Source of the DNA: Minutocellus sp. GHC0000111
Taxonomy: Eukaryota
Assembly: GCA_977018835.1 (NCBI GenBank)
Contig: OZ361258.1
Span: 3,906,001 to 3,970,000 of the forward strand
Direction of reading: 5' to 3'
Length of the DNA stretch: 64,000 nt
Each line of letters begins with the position of its first letter. Within the stretch, counting starts at the first letter, position 1. Shown in pieces: positions 61,583-64,000 of the stretch. The position numbers and the translations under genes were made by a program. The notes below the pieces were generated by a model. It had not been told where the DNA came from. It was given only the letters and a program-made list of their open reading frames with translations, and searched no databases.

Positions 61583-64000
61583 TCATTCTTCAACAAGGCG
61601 GGCGGACTCCGCGGAGGCCTTGGCTGCCGCCTCGCCAGCGCAGCCGTTCTCCGGCGGAGTATCTCCCCGCGCTGGGGGCGGTGTCGACGCCTTTGCTGCA
61701 TCCCCTCCTGTGGCATTAACCAATGGGGAGGCACCTGCAACCTTTTTCTCGGTGGCGCAATTAGTGATACTTGCGCCCGCTGCCTTGGGCTTGGGAGGCT
61801 CGAGTGGATTGGATACAGGCAACGGAGTGGGAGATTTGGTCGCCGGTCGGTTGGGAGGCACAACGCTGATTTTTGCCACTATCCCGGAATCTTCCATGCT
61901 ATCAGTCGGTAGGATGGGATTCGGAGTAGAGCCCCGAAGAGGGACGGGGACCTCCTTCTTTAGAGAATTGGTAGGAGCGCCGGGATTCTTGAGTGGCACC
62001 GGCTTCGAAACTTGTCCCTTGGGCAGTGACATAGTTGGAGACTTTGGCATCAATGGCAGATTTGGCCACAGTTGGCGCAGGGCGGGAGGAGCCGGGGTGC
62101 CTTGGCTGCACCGCCGTGGCTTTCCCAGCGACTTTCGTTACCACCTTCGCGCTAGATTTGCTCGAGAGAGTGGGGTTGGGTACTGGAGCGCCAGGGTGCC
62201 TTGCAATGCCGGGCTTCGTAGATGCGACTGGGTGCTTCGATACCGGCAGTTTCGACACGACGGGTGCCCCCTTCTTCACATTTACATACGGTGCTGACGC
62301 TGGTGCTCTTGCCTTGGTGGCTGTAGCCCTTGCTGAAGCAGCAGCGGCGGCGGCAGCTCTCAGCTTTTCCCGGTGCTTCTTGTGCCGATGAGCATTCAAG
62401 CCACGGAGAGCCTTGAGGGTTGGCGGGATGTCCGTTGGAGTACATATGGAGCACTCTTCGGGTTTCTCGCACGATACCAGATGATAAAGCAAATGCTTCA
62501 CCTTGCGGCACCATGGGAAGGGGCAAACATCAAATGTTGACGTCGTCCCCGGACAGTCGCGCACGTGCATCATCATGAACTTGGTGTTTTGGCATACGTC
62601 TCGCATCTTTCCGACCTTGTGCCTGAGAAATTAAAAGATATTAAGAGAGAGAGAGAGAGAGGTGAGAAATTTGGTGCCGATGGCATGTACATACATATAG
62701 TAATCAAAACGTGCGCCTGAATAGTCGTACCTTCCAGGGCAGCATTGTGCATGACCCATAAGTATCAATAACCTCGACGCTTCATTGTCCTTGAGCTTTG
62801 GACCGGCGTAATCTGTCCCAAAGTCTTCCGCCTCGGCTCGCTCCGCCGGCGACAGGTTGCCATTGTACGTTTTGAGACCCTCGTCGTCATCAGATTCGTC
62901 GGACGAATCTCCCTTGAGACTGACGGCCTCGTCATCACCACTTGCTTCTGATTCCGACTCATACAGCTCGCTGAGATCAGGAAACTTCGGCGGGGGCGCA
63001 AGATGTGCGCTTGCTATGCAAGCGCTTGGAGCCGGTCCTTTTGCCCGAAGAGCCACAGAGGCACCGCCTCCAGAACCACCGCTGGATGAGTCCTCGGCAT
63101 GCGCCAAAAGAGCAGGATGATATTGAATGGAATTGGCAGGTGCAGAGATGTCGATGCGAGGCACCTGTCTCTTCCCACACTTTGGGCAATCTTGCTGACG
63201 AAGGCACCACCAAGGATTGGCGTCACATGTAGAAACATACACCTCGTTGCACAAACCGCAAATGAATTCAACAGTACGTGGGCCGGCCATTTTGTCGGAG
63301 GAGGGTGAGCTTGGGGACTTGCTGCTGCCGGACTTGACAGCTGCACCGCCTTGCTTGGAAGTTTCGGCCTTGTTCTGCTCGGCAGCAGCCGCGGCCGACT
63401 GCTGTGCCTGGGCCTGTCGAGCTTGGGCAGCAAATGCGGCATGACGGATGCGCTCCCGCTCCAGTCTCTTGGCTTTTTTCCTTCGTCGCTGCCTACGATC
63501 TCGACGCCGAATCAGCCGTTCCTTCTCCTCGTCTGTTAGATTCTTCTCTGATAGCCGACGCTTCTTCCCTCGGTTGGCGGTGGACTTCTTCCCCGTCCGT
63601 CGCAGCTCCGCGGCGGCAGAAGAAGTCACCGGCGTATCAAGGGGTGGGAGCCCTGCCGCCGCACGAGCCTTGGCCCGGGCCGCCAACTGAGCGGCGGTTG
63701 CCACCTGCTGAGCCTGGACCTTGGCAACAGCTGCCGATGCCGGGCCTGCGGGGACGATGGTAGATCTCGACGCGGGAGTGGTCGACGACCGGGTGGAGGC
63801 TCCCCTCGCGGTCACAGCATCGTTGGACGAGTCTGAACCCGAAGAGGCCACAAGAGCTGGCTTGGGTGCACCGGGATGGGAAGGTCGGACGACGCCGGCC
63901 TTGGCCTTGGTCCCCCTTGGTGCTGGCGGAGGGGGTGGGATCTTCGAGGAGGACAGCGATGCCAAGGCACCGGCTCCCTCTTCGATGGCTTCGGCCACCA
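61583..64000 (-). CDS. TAZ-type zinc finger protein (5' end beyond window); intron 62623..62730; apparent frameshift ~62020
   Basis: LLILMGHAQCCPG|RH..MRDVCQNTKFMMMHVRDC...CPFPWCRKVKHLLYHLVSC..PEECSIC (TAZ), plus an upstream CxxC..CxxC ribbon (FICGLC...CPKCG). Confidence 0.8.

Overview
This is gene-dense eukaryotic nuclear DNA, most likely from a diatom. That is an inference from short GT-AG introns, ASAFAP-type bipartite plastid-targeting peptides and diatom-typical gene families. About 29 protein-coding genes are supportable, including DUF4336, HDAC, GPX-like, HSF, gamma-glutamyl hydrolase, myosin, galactokinase, MAPEG, OSCA/TMEM63, HMG-box, HAD, calpain, apyrase, NRT2, U-box/Sel1, WW, AapJ-like and TAZ proteins. 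Many genes show apparent single-indel frameshifts, consistent with long-read consensus errors. The stand-out is an intronless gene at 12964..14013 (+) that the ORF track breaks up: a thioredoxin-like domain fused to a hemerythrin. It has TWO in-frame TGA codons, one in a U-x-x-C-x-x-C motif and one inside the hemerythrin upstream of its last two iron ligands. TWO tandem SECIS-like hairpins follow in the 3' UTR, making it a candidate dual-selenocysteine redox/di-iron protein. Also notable are a ~1.8 kb array of ~185 bp satellite-like monomers with higher-order structure, and a ~286 bp (CA)n tract read in-frame as poly(His-Thr) at the end of the OSCA channel. All calls come from reading and hand-translating the sequence; no searches were run.
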